From positions 1 to 36,854 of the forward strand of contig JBILJL010000002.1 in NCBI GenBank assembly GCA_044377255.1: 36,854 nucleotides of DNA. Reading direction: 5' to 3'. The first letter of the stretch is position 1; each line of letters opens with the position of its first letter. Below the pieces are notes generated by a model that was given only the letters and a program-made list of their open reading frames with translations, was not told the DNA's origin and searched no databases. Both the position numbers and the translations under genes were made by a program. This stretch comes from Bacteroidia bacterium (lineage in GTDB: Bacteria > Bacteroidota > Bacteroidia > UKL13-3). Positions 17,317-27,336 of the stretch are shown one piece after another.

Positions 17317-18693
17317 TTAATTCAATAAAACATTTGTGGCCTGACCACTCGTAATTTTAATTAGCCTTTCAAAAGTATGACTGCTCCTGCTGTCGCCTTT
17401 TGAACGGTAAATAATTTTATAGTCACCTGGCTGCATAATGAGCTGGTGGCTCCTTTTTTCAACTGGCAATTTGCATACCCATACCAACTCATTTCTAATC
17501 ATTTGATAGATATCGGCATAGTAATCTTGTAACTGACAATTTACAATAAGCTTTCCTGGTTGAGGCAATTGCAAGGTTGTGGTATAACTCTGGTCAATGC
17601 TAACCTCTCTCACCATTCTGGGTAAACACAATACCTCAATTTCATACTTGCCTACCAAATATTTTTCCTTGGTATTGGCATCTTGCACATTGATGGTTTT
17701 ATTGGAGTTTTTTTGTCGAACCAAAAACTGCAAACCACTGTAATTGGTTAGTCCATCTACCTTTACCATTAATTGCCCTTGTGGTGCATCAACCCCAATG
17801 ATGGTATGCTTTCCTGGTGTAACATCAATGTTTTCTTTTACAACCGGAGGCAAAGTATGCACCACCATTCTGTACCTAAAAACAGGATCAAGCTGCACAG
17901 TATCTGGGTTACCCCTTTCATTGATGGTATGCATATAATTGTACATCAACTGCCCAGAGTTCATGTCGTAAAAGCTCATATTCACATTGGTTTCGGTTGG
18001 CTTGCTAAATACATCCAATAAATTAACTTGTGCAGTGGTATTGTTTAATGCCTGCGAAACAACAATGTTCAAGGCATCTTCAAATCCTTGCTCAGTATTG
18101 GCATCATAGTACCTACCCACACAATCAAAGGCTTTTCTAAAATCTTCTGTTGATCCAATGCCAATGATAAATGGCTTTAAAATAATACCCTGACTTTGCA
18201 ATGCTTCCGAAACTGCACATGGGTCGCCCTGACATTCTTCTATACCATCGGTTATAAGTATGATTACATTGCGGGTATAAGGCTCCTTGGGGAAATCGTA
18301 AGCAGATTGCAACAAAGATTGGGCTATGAGGGTAGTTCCTTTTGGATTGATGCTTTGCAAACGCTTTTTTACCTCAGTAAAATTATTGGGTCTAAACGGA
18401 ACTTCCAAACGAGTATCCTTACAATTCCTAACATTAGGTGGCGAAGTATGGCCGTATACTCTCAAGGCAATCTCTAGGTTTTTGGTTCCTACCAAGCTAT
18501 CAATTGTTTTGTTTAATAAACGTTTGGCTACATTTATACGCGAGTCGCTTTCCATCCTTGCATACATACTTCCACTAGCATCTAGCAAAAATAAAATGCG
18601 TGTTTTTATAGGTTTAGGCGTTTGGGCCTGAACCGAAAAAATGGTTGAAATCAATAACCAAAAAACACAAATAAATTTTAAAATAGACCTCAT
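17317..18693 (-). CDS. Secreted VWA domain-containing protein with an unknown C-terminal beta-rich region
   Basis: It has a signal peptide, MRSILKFICVFWLLISTIFSVQAQ. The MIDAS motif is ILFLLDASGSM, with LITDGIEE further on. I recognised nothing in the ~230 C-terminal residues. Confidence 0.85.
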   Translation of the reverse strand: MRSILKFICVFWLLISTIFSVQAQTPKPIKTRILFLLDASGSMYARMESDSRINVAKRLLNKTIDSLVGTKNLEIALRVYGHTSPPNVRNCKDTRLEVPFRPNNFTEVKKRLQSINPKGTTLIAQSLLQSAYDFPKEPYTRNVIILITDGIEECQGDPCAVSEALQSQGIILKPFIIGIGSTEDFRKAFDCVGRYYDANTEQGFEDALNIVVSQALNNTTAQVNLLDVFSKPTETNVNMSFYDMNSGQLMYNYMHTINERGNPDTVQLDPVFRYRMVVHTLPPVVKENIDVTPGKHTIIGVDAPQGQLMVKVDGLTNYSGLQFLVRQKNSNKTINVQDANTKEKYLVGKYEIEVLCLPRMVREVSIDQSYTTTLQLPQPGKLIVNCQLQDYYADIYQMIRNELVWVCKLPVEKRSHQLIMQPGDYKIIYRSKGDSRSSHTFERLIKITSGQATNVLLN

Positions 18694-18708
18694 TTATGCC
18701 AAATGAAC

Positions 18709-19560
18709 TTAATAGTCGGCTAGTGTAGAAGGCAATTGTGACAATGCATTTTCTAGTTCTGCATCATTAGGTGCAACGCCATGCCATTTGTGACTACCCA
18801 TCATAAAATCAATAGGGTAGCCCATTTCAGTTTTCATCACTACAAAAATTGGCTTACCTTTTCCAGTAAGGTCTTTGGCGGCAGCCATGGTGTCAATGAT
18901 ATTTTGAACATCATGTCCGCCCATGTGCAATATTTCCCAACCAAAAGATTTCACCTTATCTGCTATGTCTGAACCAAGGCCCATTACTTCTTTGGTTGAT
19001 CCATCTATTTGCTGACCATTTAAATCTATGGTAACAATGAGGTTATCAATTTTTTGGTGCGCGGCAAACATAAATGCTTCCCAGTTCTGACCTTCTTCTA
19101 TTTCGCCATCACCCATTAAGGCATAAACCAATTGGCCATCGCCATTCAATTTTTTTGAGAGGGCAGCCCCACAAGCAACAGATAAGCCCTGACCCAAAGA
19201 GCCTGATGCAATGCGTACACCTGGAAGGTGCTCATGTGTAGTTGGGTGACCTTGTAACCTGGTATTTAGTTTGCGGAATGTTTTCATTTCTTCAATTGGA
19301 AAGTACCCAGATCTAGCTAAAGTGCTATAAAATACTGGTGAAATATGTCCGTTCGACAAGAAAAACAAATCTTCATTGGCACCATCCATGTTAAAATTGG
19401 TATCATGTTTCATGATTTTGAAGTAAAGGGTTGCCAAAAAATCGGCACAACCTAAGCTTCCACCTGGATGGCCGCTTTTACAACCATGAACCATGCGGAG
19501 AATATCTCTCCTAATTTGTGTAGCCAAGCTACTGATTTCCTGTGCGGTATATTGCTTCAT
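18709..19560 (-). CDS. Transketolase, N-terminal (TPP-binding) subunit
   Basis: The 283-aa protein carries GHPGGSLGCADFL, SNGHISPVFY, GSLGQGLSVACG and MGDGEIEEGQNWEA. Confidence 0.92.
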   Translation of the reverse strand: MKQYTAQEISSLATQIRRDILRMVHGCKSGHPGGSLGCADFLATLYFKIMKHDTNFNMDGANEDLFFLSNGHISPVFYSTLARSGYFPIEEMKTFRKLNTRLQGHPTTHEHLPGVRIASGSLGQGLSVACGAALSKKLNGDGQLVYALMGDGEIEEGQNWEAFMFAAHQKIDNLIVTIDLNGQQIDGSTKEVMGLGSDIADKVKSFGWEILHMGGHDVQNIIDTMAAAKDLTGKGKPIFVVMKTEMGYPIDFMMGSHKWHGVAPNDAELENALSQLPSTLADY

Positions 19561-19651
19561 GTAGAAGTATTTTATTTTAACAATATGCGAAAATACAAAG
19601 GAATCTTGAGTAAATTGAGTTTGGGTATATTTTGTTGGGAGTTTTGGGCAT

Positions 19652-19688
19652 AAAAAAAGGGCTATTTCGTAATGAAATAGCCCTTTTT
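19652..19688 (-). terminator. Rho-independent terminator downstream of the TM2 gene
   Basis: The perfect 10-bp stem gggctatttc (19659-19668) pairs with gaaatagccc (19674-19683) around a 5-nt loop. It is flanked by an A7 run at 19652-19658 and a T5 run at 19684-19688. On the minus-strand RNA the hairpin is followed by U7. Confidence 0.75.
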
Positions 19689-19707
19689 AGTGTTTTATTT
19701 ATATAAA

Positions 19708-20097
19708 TTAAAATTCGTCTTTAAGGATATGGATTAGATCTATTATTGCCCATACTCCGCAACCTCCAGCTGTCAATATAAATAGAATATTCCAACCAGT
19801 TGGTTTCTTTGCGTACCACCTGTGGGCAGCAAAAATTCCTAAAAAGAACCATAACAATAAAAGAATTGTTTTCTCATCCATATCTGGTTTTGGAGAATTA
19901 ATTGCTTTTGAATCAACAATTGTTTCTTTGGCTATGGTAGAAAATAACTCTGAATTTTTTTGAAGGTTCTGCTCCTTCACATTTACAGTTTGTTCTTTTT
20001 TAGCATCTTTTTTAACAGGAAATGAAGCGTAGACACTGCTTGCTACTGTAAATAGTAGAACTAAAAGTAGTGGTAGAATTTTGTTAGTTTTTTTCAT
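19708..20097 (-). CDS. TM2 domain-containing membrane protein
   Basis: The C-terminal LLLLWFFLGIFAAHRWYAKKPTGWNILFILTAGGCGVWAIIDLIHIL gives the two TM2 helices and the HR[FW]Y motif. ATG 20097 (MKKTNKILPLLLVLL) is preferred. The ORF extends to 20127. Confidence 0.8.
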   Translation of the reverse strand: MKKTNKILPLLLVLLFTVASSVYASFPVKKDAKKEQTVNVKEQNLQKNSELFSTIAKETIVDSKAINSPKPDMDEKTILLLLWFFLGIFAAHRWYAKKPTGWNILFILTAGGCGVWAIIDLIHILKDEF

Positions 20098-20130
20098 AAT
20101 CTTTTTTTTGTTATTTTGTTTATGCAAAAT

Positions 20131-21045
20131 ATGAAAAAACTGAGACTTAATATACTTTTACTGACTTTTATTTTTAATTACTTTCAATCAGTTCATTGTC
20201 AGGATGTAAAAAATGAATTTACAGGAACCCTTCAACTTGATTCAAAAGAAATTGTAACATTTAAAATTCAATTTAAAGTAAAGGAAAATGGTGAAATTGA
20301 AGGGACTAGTTTAACTGATATATATGGCCCTAATAGAACTTTAAGCAAAATTAGCGGTATAATTAATATTGAAAAAAATAGCCTATCATTCGAAGAAATA
20401 GAAAATATTAATACGAAATCAAATGCTGAGGCAGAGGAGTTTTGTTTTTTGAAGGTAGAGAATGCCAGTTTGAAAATAGATAAAGAAAAGAGTGTTTTGA
20501 AAGGAAATTTTATTGGGAAATATAAAAATGGTAAGAAATGTGCAAGTGGTTATTTATATCTAGTAAATAAAGGATACATAGATGTTTTAGCCGAAAAATA
20601 TTTAAGTAAGAATGCGGTATCAAGTATAGATTCACTCTTAAAGATGAAGCAATTGAATAATGATATTCAAGCCAAGGTTGGAAATACCTATTTAACAAAT
20701 AATCAAGTAATGCGATTAAATTGGACTTCCTCTGAAATTATAATTGAGGTTTCAGACGGCAGTAGGGAGGATGGAGATGAAATTGCAATCTATATTGATA
20801 GTAAAAAAATCTTAGATTCATTTGTTATTGGAAAAGATAAAAAAACAATAATTGTTCCATATTCAGGGGGTAAAGTTGGAATAAGAATACAAGCTATTAG
20901 TGAGGGAAAATTAAAATCATGTACAGCAAACATTACCCTGCGTGATAATGATAATAACACCAATGTTATAGCTAATATGACCAAAGGTTCTAATGTAGTA
21001 ATTATGTTAAATAAAAAGATATTGAAAAATGCCTTACCTGAATAA
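20131..21045 (+). CDS. Hypothetical secreted protein with no recognisable domain
   Basis: MKKLRLNILLLTFIFNYFQSVHCQ is a signal peptide. The gene is AT-rich. It overlaps the downstream DUF2752 gene by 17 nt. Alternative starts are 20116 (TTG) and 20122. Confidence 0.65.
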   Translation: MKKLRLNILLLTFIFNYFQSVHCQDVKNEFTGTLQLDSKEIVTFKIQFKVKENGEIEGTSLTDIYGPNRTLSKISGIINIEKNSLSFEEIENINTKSNAEAEEFCFLKVENASLKIDKEKSVLKGNFIGKYKNGKKCASGYLYLVNKGYIDVLAEKYLSKNAVSSIDSLLKMKQLNNDIQAKVGNTYLTNNQVMRLNWTSSEIIIEVSDGSREDGDEIAIYIDSKKILDSFVIGKDKKTIIVPYSGGKVGIRIQAISEGKLKSCTANITLRDNDNNTNVIANMTKGSNVVIMLNKKILKNALPE

Positions 21046-21337
21046 TTTTAATTTTAACAAAAGAATTATTGGAATTACTCTCTTAATAATTTTATCTGGT
21101 TTTGGTTTAACCCTAATCTGCTTGCCAGCGACTTTTTTTGACACTGGAACCTCAGTTTGTTTGTCGGTTGTTTTTTTTAAAATTCAATGCTATGGATGCG
21201 GAATGACTCGTGGAATAATGCATCTCATTCATTTTGATTTTGCAGAAGCGTGGGCTTTTAATAAACTATCGTTTATTGTTTTTCCCTTACTAGTTTATAT
21301 GATTATTTCGGAAATTTATAATCGATTTTTAAAGTGA
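21029..21337 (+). CDS. DUF2752 domain-containing membrane protein
   Basis: The 102-aa protein has the characteristic CYGCGMTRGIMHL (CxxCGxTR) motif between TM helices. Confidence 0.8.
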   Translation: MPYLNNFNFNKRIIGITLLIILSGFGLTLICLPATFFDTGTSVCLSVVFFKIQCYGCGMTRGIMHLIHFDFAEAWAFNKLSFIVFPLLVYMIISEIYNRFLK

Positions 21338-21500
21338 TGATTGATTTGGTTGATTTTGTAAATAGAATATATGCCATGTAATCTTCATTCGCAATTTTTT
21401 TTGTTATTGGGTTATTGGGTATTTGAGAAGGAGTAAATTTAGTTTGTCAAATAAGAATTAAACAATCATGTTTGCAACTTATTGGGATAGAAACCTAATC

Positions 21501-23051
21501 ATGAAAAAAACCATACAACTAACGCTATCGCCCGAGCAGGCCGCTTCTCAAGAAGCTATCGCAAATCAATTGCAAAGAGAGTTTGGGTTCAAACCGGCAG
21601 ATATTACTGGATTTACCATTGTAAAAAAAAGTTTCGATGCCAGGCGAAAACCTATTCGTGTTAATTTACAATTAGAGGTATATTTAAATGAAGCTGTGCC
21701 AAAAGATGATTTTGAGTTGCACTTAAAAAATGTGAGTCGGGCAAAAGAGGTTGGTATTGTGGGTGCTGGTCCGGCTGGCTTATTTGCAGCTTTGCGTTTA
21801 ATTGAGCTTGGGTTCAAACCGGTAATTTTTGAAAGAGGAAAAGCGGTAAAAGAAAGACGAAGAGATTTGGCTCAAATTACGCGCAACAACAGCGTAAACC
21901 CCGATAGCAATTATTGCTTTGGTGAGGGTGGTGCGGGCACATATAGCGATGGTAAATTATATACCCGTAGTAGCAAACGCGGTGATGTAATGCGCATTTT
22001 AAAAATATTGGTTTTGCATGGTGCTGATCCTAGTATTTTGTATGATGCCCATCCGCACATTGGGACCAATAAATTGCCGCAAATTATTACCAACATCCGC
22101 GAAAATATTTTGACTTGTGGTGGTGTGTTTCATTTCAATGCAAGAGTAACAGATTTGAAGGTAGACAACAATGCCATCAAGGGTTTGTATGTTGGCGATA
22201 CTTTGCATTCTTTTGAACAATTGGTATTGGCAACCGGACATTCGGCTAGAGATATTTATGAATTGCTGCATGCTAAAAATATATTGATTGAAGCCAAGCC
22301 TTTTGCATTGGGTGTGCGCATAGAACATCCGCAAGAATTGATAGACCAAATTCAATACAAATGTACAGGTAGTAGAGGCGAATTTTTACCAGCGGCAAGT
22401 TACAGTATCGTACAACAAGTGAATGGGAGAGGAGTGTTTAGTTTTTGTATGTGTCCGGGAGGAATTATTGCTCCCGCCATGACTGCGTCTGGTGAGATTG
22501 TAGTAAATGGTTGGAGTCCGAGTAAGCGCAATAACCCTTACGCCAACAGCGGCATGGTGGTTTCGGTTCAAACCGAGGATTATAAGTTATTTGAAAAGCA
22601 TGGTCCTTTAGCAGGCATGTATTTTCAACAACAAGTAGAACAAGATTGCTTCAAAAAAGGCAATGAATCATTGCAAGCACCTGCCCAAAGAATGGTAGAT
22701 TTTGTAAACAGAAAAGTGTCGAGTACCTTACCAACTAATTCTTATTTACCAGGAACGGTTAGCAGAAATTTGCACGATATTTTACCCAGATTTGTAGCCC
22801 AAGGTTTGCAAGGAGCGTTTCAAGAATTTGGTAAAAAGATGCGCGGCTATTTAACGCAAGAAGCCGTATTATTAGCTACCGAATCGCGTACTTCTTCGCC
22901 AGTAAGAATACCACGTAACAAAGAAACATTTGAGCATCCGCAAATCAAAGGATTATACCCTTGTGCAGAAGGTGCGGGTTATGCTGGCGGCATTGTAAGT
23001 GCCGCTATGGATGGAGAAAATTGTGCGGTGGCGATTAGTGGAATGGATTAA
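21501..23051 (+). CDS. NAD(P)/FAD-dependent oxidoreductase (COG2509-like)
   Basis: It has the dinucleotide-binding motif VGIVGAGPAGLFAAL. FGEGGAGTYSDGKLYTR and CAEGAGYAGGIVSAAMDG are typical of this family. ATG 21501 (MKKTIQLTL) is preferred over 21468. Confidence 0.85.
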   Translation: MKKTIQLTLSPEQAASQEAIANQLQREFGFKPADITGFTIVKKSFDARRKPIRVNLQLEVYLNEAVPKDDFELHLKNVSRAKEVGIVGAGPAGLFAALRLIELGFKPVIFERGKAVKERRRDLAQITRNNSVNPDSNYCFGEGGAGTYSDGKLYTRSSKRGDVMRILKILVLHGADPSILYDAHPHIGTNKLPQIITNIRENILTCGGVFHFNARVTDLKVDNNAIKGLYVGDTLHSFEQLVLATGHSARDIYELLHAKNILIEAKPFALGVRIEHPQELIDQIQYKCTGSRGEFLPAASYSIVQQVNGRGVFSFCMCPGGIIAPAMTASGEIVVNGWSPSKRNNPYANSGMVVSVQTEDYKLFEKHGPLAGMYFQQQVEQDCFKKGNESLQAPAQRMVDFVNRKVSSTLPTNSYLPGTVSRNLHDILPRFVAQGLQGAFQEFGKKMRGYLTQEAVLLATESRTSSPVRIPRNKETFEHPQIKGLYPCAEGAGYAGGIVSAAMDGENCAVAISGMD

Positions 23052-23071
23052 ACCTTTAGGCTAAATTTTTC

Positions 23072-24766
23072 TTATCCTATCACCAACTCTTTAAAGGCAA
23101 CAATTCCTTTCATGTTTTCATTCTCTTCAAAACTTAATTCTAAAATGGAAATGTTTGGTCTTACAGTATAAAGCCACTCCATTCCTTCTTGTAATGTTCC
23201 CCAATCTTTACTTTGAAAATAATTCAGCCCAAATTGATCAGCAAGTTTTTTTACACTTAATGCATGTGGAGTTGTAAAATAGGATAGGGTATCTGGATGA
23301 TTTTTAGGCCCTTCAATCCAATTGAATATATTGCCCGAATGATTGTTTAATATAATAATTTTTAAATTGCTTGGCAAGTTGTTTTGCCAAAATGCATTTT
23401 GGTCGTAAAACAATGAGAGGTCGCCACAAATTAAGGTAACTATTTTATCTGCTTGAACCCTAGCGGCTCCAATGGCTGTACTTACTGTTCCATCAATGCC
23501 ACTGGTTCCTCTATTCGAAAATATTTGTAATGCCTTAAGCGGTGCGCCTAACCAACTTACCCATCTCACACTAGCGCTATTGCCTAATTGTAATTGACTA
23601 TTTTCTGGAATGGCATCTAAAATTTTATTTACCACATTTGGTTCACACCAAATTTTATTTTCATGAAATACCTTTAAGGTTTCATGGGCTTTGTTATTCA
23701 ACAATTTCCAAAGTAATGAATACTCTTTTTTACTTGGTTCATTAGTAACTTTTAATGAAACAAAAGCATCTAAATAAGGCAATAATTCTGCTTCAAGTAA
23801 GTGTGTTAAATTTTGATAAGTATCAATAAATTCGCCTTGAGCTTGTATGCGAAAATGGTAGTTTGGCTTAATTCCTTTTAACCAAAGTTTCATAGATTTT
23901 GAAACAATTGGTCCGCCCATTGAAAGTATAAAATCAGGTGCTAAGTCTTTTATTTGTTCTTTAGAAACATGTTGTAACCCAAAATCGAACAAGCTAGCAT
24001 TCGAAATTTCATGCTGATTTGAAGTAATATCTGCCAGTAAAACAACATCGTCTTGACTAATAAAAGTGGTTAAGAAACTGCTAAGTTTATTATCAGGAGG
24101 CATTTGACCTACCAATATCAATTTCTTTTTACTCACTTTCCAAGCATCAGAAAAATCTTTCAACAAGGGCACTTGGGTTATAGTTGGGGTCTTTTTTTCT
24201 ATGTGAAAAGGTATCTCCTGAAAGGAAGGGATTTCAGGTAAATTGTATAATGGTTCGCGTAAGGGAACATTAATATGAACGGGCCCAAAACCAGATTCTT
24301 GCACAGATTCTTCTATAGCATTTAATACAATCTTCTCCGTTAATTTATAGTCAACGTTTTCTTCTTGGTAACTTAATAACTCATAACTGCCCAAAACATG
24401 TTTACCAAATACACCCTTTTGCATAATCATTTGCCCATCTTGCTGGTTAAGCATTTCTGGCGGCCTATCAGCAGTTAAAATGAGCAAGGGTATTTTTTGA
24501 TAAAAGGCTTCAGCTACAGCAGGAAAAAAATTGAGGCAAGCTGTACCCGATGTACAAATGAGCACAACTGGTTTTTGTAATTGTTGCGCCATTCCCAAAG
24601 CCATAAAAGCAGCACTTCGTTCATCTATTACAGAATAACACTTCATGCCAGTGATACTTGTAAATGCAAATACAAGGGGTGCAGATCTACTGCCAGGACA
24701 AATAACAGCATTTTCAATGCCATAATGCTGACAAACTTTTGCGATGGTAAATACGTGTTGATGCAA
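23072..24766 (-). CDS. menD: 2-succinyl-5-enolpyruvyl-6-hydroxy-3-cyclohexene-1-carboxylate synthase
   Basis: A TPP-enzyme layout is present: ICPGSRSAPL, ICTSGTACLNFFPAVAEA, LLILTADRP and GTSGIDGTVSTAIGAA. The 564-aa size fits MenD. Confidence 0.9.
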   Translation of the reverse strand: MHQHVFTIAKVCQHYGIENAVICPGSRSAPLVFAFTSITGMKCYSVIDERSAAFMALGMAQQLQKPVVLICTSGTACLNFFPAVAEAFYQKIPLLILTADRPPEMLNQQDGQMIMQKGVFGKHVLGSYELLSYQEENVDYKLTEKIVLNAIEESVQESGFGPVHINVPLREPLYNLPEIPSFQEIPFHIEKKTPTITQVPLLKDFSDAWKVSKKKLILVGQMPPDNKLSSFLTTFISQDDVVLLADITSNQHEISNASLFDFGLQHVSKEQIKDLAPDFILSMGGPIVSKSMKLWLKGIKPNYHFRIQAQGEFIDTYQNLTHLLEAELLPYLDAFVSLKVTNEPSKKEYSLLWKLLNNKAHETLKVFHENKIWCEPNVVNKILDAIPENSQLQLGNSASVRWVSWLGAPLKALQIFSNRGTSGIDGTVSTAIGAARVQADKIVTLICGDLSLFYDQNAFWQNNLPSNLKIIILNNHSGNIFNWIEGPKNHPDTLSYFTTPHALSVKKLADQFGLNYFQSKDWGTLQEGMEWLYTVRPNISILELSFEENENMKGIVAFKELVIG

Positions 24767-24828
24767 TGCGCTTTTGTTTGATCCAAAAATAACTTTTTCT
24801 CTGCTATTCTTGTAGTTTTTGTTGGGTA

Positions 24829-27336
24829 TTAAAATTGCACCCTAAATCCAATATTCACACCAAATAGCCTGGCTCCTGGCAAATCTCTGTAATTGAGTCT
24901 ATGTGATAGACCTAATGTGCCAATTTTAAAAATATTTTCTATACCATATCCAATTTCAACATAAGGTTCTTTGGCAAAAGTGTTAATGGTTGATAAGGTT
25001 CTTCCTTTATCATCTAGCAAGGGCATTAAACTTTTATTCTCATTACTCATTTGCCCATAAGCTGCTTTTACTACAAAATAGTTTCTCAACTTTAGTTTAT
25101 CTATATAGGGAATTTTATTAAAAATTACACCCTCAAATCTTTGAGTATAGCTAGCATGTATAAATTCATCACTTACAAATTCATAAAAATTCATCAAGTT
25201 ATAATTGTAATCGCTATAAATTGAACTTTCATTGCCACGGGCTACATCTAACAATGGGTAGGGCAATTTACCAAATATTTTGCCCATGTAAATGTACCAA
25301 TCTGCCGTTCCCAATACCGAAGTATTCATGTGGTGTGATATGATTAAATTAAATTTATCGTAGTTAAATTGCCCACCCAACAATCCATCAATGCCTCTGT
25401 AATAGCTAGCGATAACAACAGGCCACTTCGCTCTTTCAACCATAAATCTATCGTGCCCTCTCGAAATCATCACCTCCTTATAAGCCCATCTTCCTTCTAT
25501 GCCAACCTGGCTGGTTCTAAACTCACCTGCCAAAACTTGATCAGCTGGGCTTGCCGTTGGATTTGTAATGTAAGAAAAAATAAAATTCCCTTTAGGTGTA
25601 AAAATGCTATTGTCGTATAAAAATTTCACTGTCCAATTGCTCGAAAAAGTTTGTGTAAAACTTAAGTTTACCTCTTCTGTTTGGTTGATCCTAACATTGT
25701 TTGAGAAAAAGTTAGCGAACTGAAAAAAACCTGAACTCAATGCATAAGTAATTGGCGAATTTGTTATACCTAAGATATCATAATCCTTGCGGTATCTGGC
25801 CGAAGCAACGGTCCACCTTCTTGAGTCAAAAATATAATCACCACCTAAGCTGTATTTAAATTTTTCGTCCTGCAACCCATAGGCCAGGTATGTTTTTAAC
25901 ACTAGTTTTTCACTAAAATCATAGTTTGTTTTAAACCCTAACCTAAACCTAACTCCTTCTACAATGTTATAGGCAACCACGTTCATATAGGGCCCCCAAT
26001 CTAGTTTGCCTATTCTTTTATATCCTTGCAAAACGGTTTGAACCAAATCAATGTATGTTTTTACTATAGGTAAGTCGTTTACCGAGTCTACCTTGCTGAT
26101 CATTTCCTTTTCAATGGAAGATAGTGGTTCAGTTCTTTTTTCCACCCAATAGTTACTGTCTTTTATACCAGCATCTTCATTGGTTACAACAGGGTAATCA
26201 AAAAAATCTTTGTTAATTCCAATGCCTGTTTCAATACCTGTGTAGGCATTATAAAAACCTGCAACCATCCCACTTCCTTTTTTTTGCATCCTAGCAATGT
26301 CAAAAATTATCCTGCTTTTAGAAGTGATCCAAGGTGTTTCTTTTGTAGGTAATAACTCTTGCTGAATTTTAATGCGATTAATGAAGTTAACATTGGCAGC
26401 TTTGCCCACTTCAAGAATTAACCTTTTTAGGGCAAATGTGCTATCGCTAATCCAAATATATCCTTCAAAACCCAAGTCTTGTTTTCTTTTCAAATTCAAT
26501 TGAATCTTATAACACTTTAGCCCATCAATGTCCATAGAATCCAAAAGGGTATAAACGTAATAATAATGGCCTTCATCAGCTATAGGTGAAACAAAATCTT
26601 TGTTTAAAATAGTGATAAAATTTTTATTGAAATTATAGTGGTGTAATTGCCCACCCATTAAATCTGTTAAGTATGAATTGGCCTCAATTCCTATGCCCGA
26701 ATATTTACTTCCCTCAACAACTTCTTTACCTTTTCCAATACTCTTTAAATAATAATACTTAGAATAGGTTTCACTAACAAATACAGGTAAAATGTGTTTG
26801 CCTTCTTCGTTCGTCATTTGATGAATGGTATCAAATAATGAGCGCATAGGTCTAAACACTTTCGAGTTTTTCATTTCATCGGAGATGTTTGAAAGTGAAA
26901 TATCAATTTTGCTATATGAGTTGTATGTGTAGCTGCTTATCTCATCCTGATTAACAATTTTCTTTCTGTCTCTTGCTCCATCAACAATGCGCCATGCGGG
27001 GTTTAATCCAGGTTTAATAATTGCCTCATTCATTTCTTGGGTAGCTTCATCTAATTCAACCAAGATCGTTTGAGTAACACCTTGCTTTATTTTTATGGCG
27101 TACCTTTTATAGCCAACATAAGTGACAATGAGAGAATCTGCTTTTTGTAATGTTTTTAACTTAAACCTACCCTCAAAATCTGTAGTGGATCCTCCAGGTA
27201 TGCCTTTAAACCCCAAACTCACAAACGGCAATGCTTCTTTGTTATGGCGGTCTTGAACCTTACCAATTACAATAGTTTCGTTTTGAGCAAAACCATTGAA
27301 ACCAATTAGTATAAAAATGAAAAGGAAAAGTCTCAC
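24829..27336 (-). CDS. DUF5686 / CarboxypepD_reg-like domain outer-membrane-associated protein
   Basis: The N-terminal IVIGKVQDRHNKEALPFVSLGFKGIPGGSTTDFEGRFKLK is a carboxypeptidase-regulatory-like domain, followed by a long beta-rich body. The start is GTG and overlaps the upstream stop (GTGA). Confidence 0.8.
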   Translation of the reverse strand: MRLFLFIFILIGFNGFAQNETIVIGKVQDRHNKEALPFVSLGFKGIPGGSTTDFEGRFKLKTLQKADSLIVTYVGYKRYAIKIKQGVTQTILVELDEATQEMNEAIIKPGLNPAWRIVDGARDRKKIVNQDEISSYTYNSYSKIDISLSNISDEMKNSKVFRPMRSLFDTIHQMTNEEGKHILPVFVSETYSKYYYLKSIGKGKEVVEGSKYSGIGIEANSYLTDLMGGQLHHYNFNKNFITILNKDFVSPIADEGHYYYVYTLLDSMDIDGLKCYKIQLNLKRKQDLGFEGYIWISDSTFALKRLILEVGKAANVNFINRIKIQQELLPTKETPWITSKSRIIFDIARMQKKGSGMVAGFYNAYTGIETGIGINKDFFDYPVVTNEDAGIKDSNYWVEKRTEPLSSIEKEMISKVDSVNDLPIVKTYIDLVQTVLQGYKRIGKLDWGPYMNVVAYNIVEGVRFRLGFKTNYDFSEKLVLKTYLAYGLQDEKFKYSLGGDYIFDSRRWTVASARYRKDYDILGITNSPITYALSSGFFQFANFFSNNVRINQTEEVNLSFTQTFSSNWTVKFLYDNSIFTPKGNFIFSYITNPTASPADQVLAGEFRTSQVGIEGRWAYKEVMISRGHDRFMVERAKWPVVIASYYRGIDGLLGGQFNYDKFNLIISHHMNTSVLGTADWYIYMGKIFGKLPYPLLDVARGNESSIYSDYNYNLMNFYEFVSDEFIHASYTQRFEGVIFNKIPYIDKLKLRNYFVVKAAYGQMSNENKSLMPLLDDKGRTLSTINTFAKEPYVEIGYGIENIFKIGTLGLSHRLNYRDLPGARLFGVNIGFRVQF

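Noticed and set aside
14356-24766. Possible menaquinone biosynthesis operon (menB ... menD)
   Set aside because: The two genes are 8 kb apart on opposite strands, with unrelated genes between them. I recognised no menA, menC, menE, menF or menH. They are scattered pathway genes, not a cluster.
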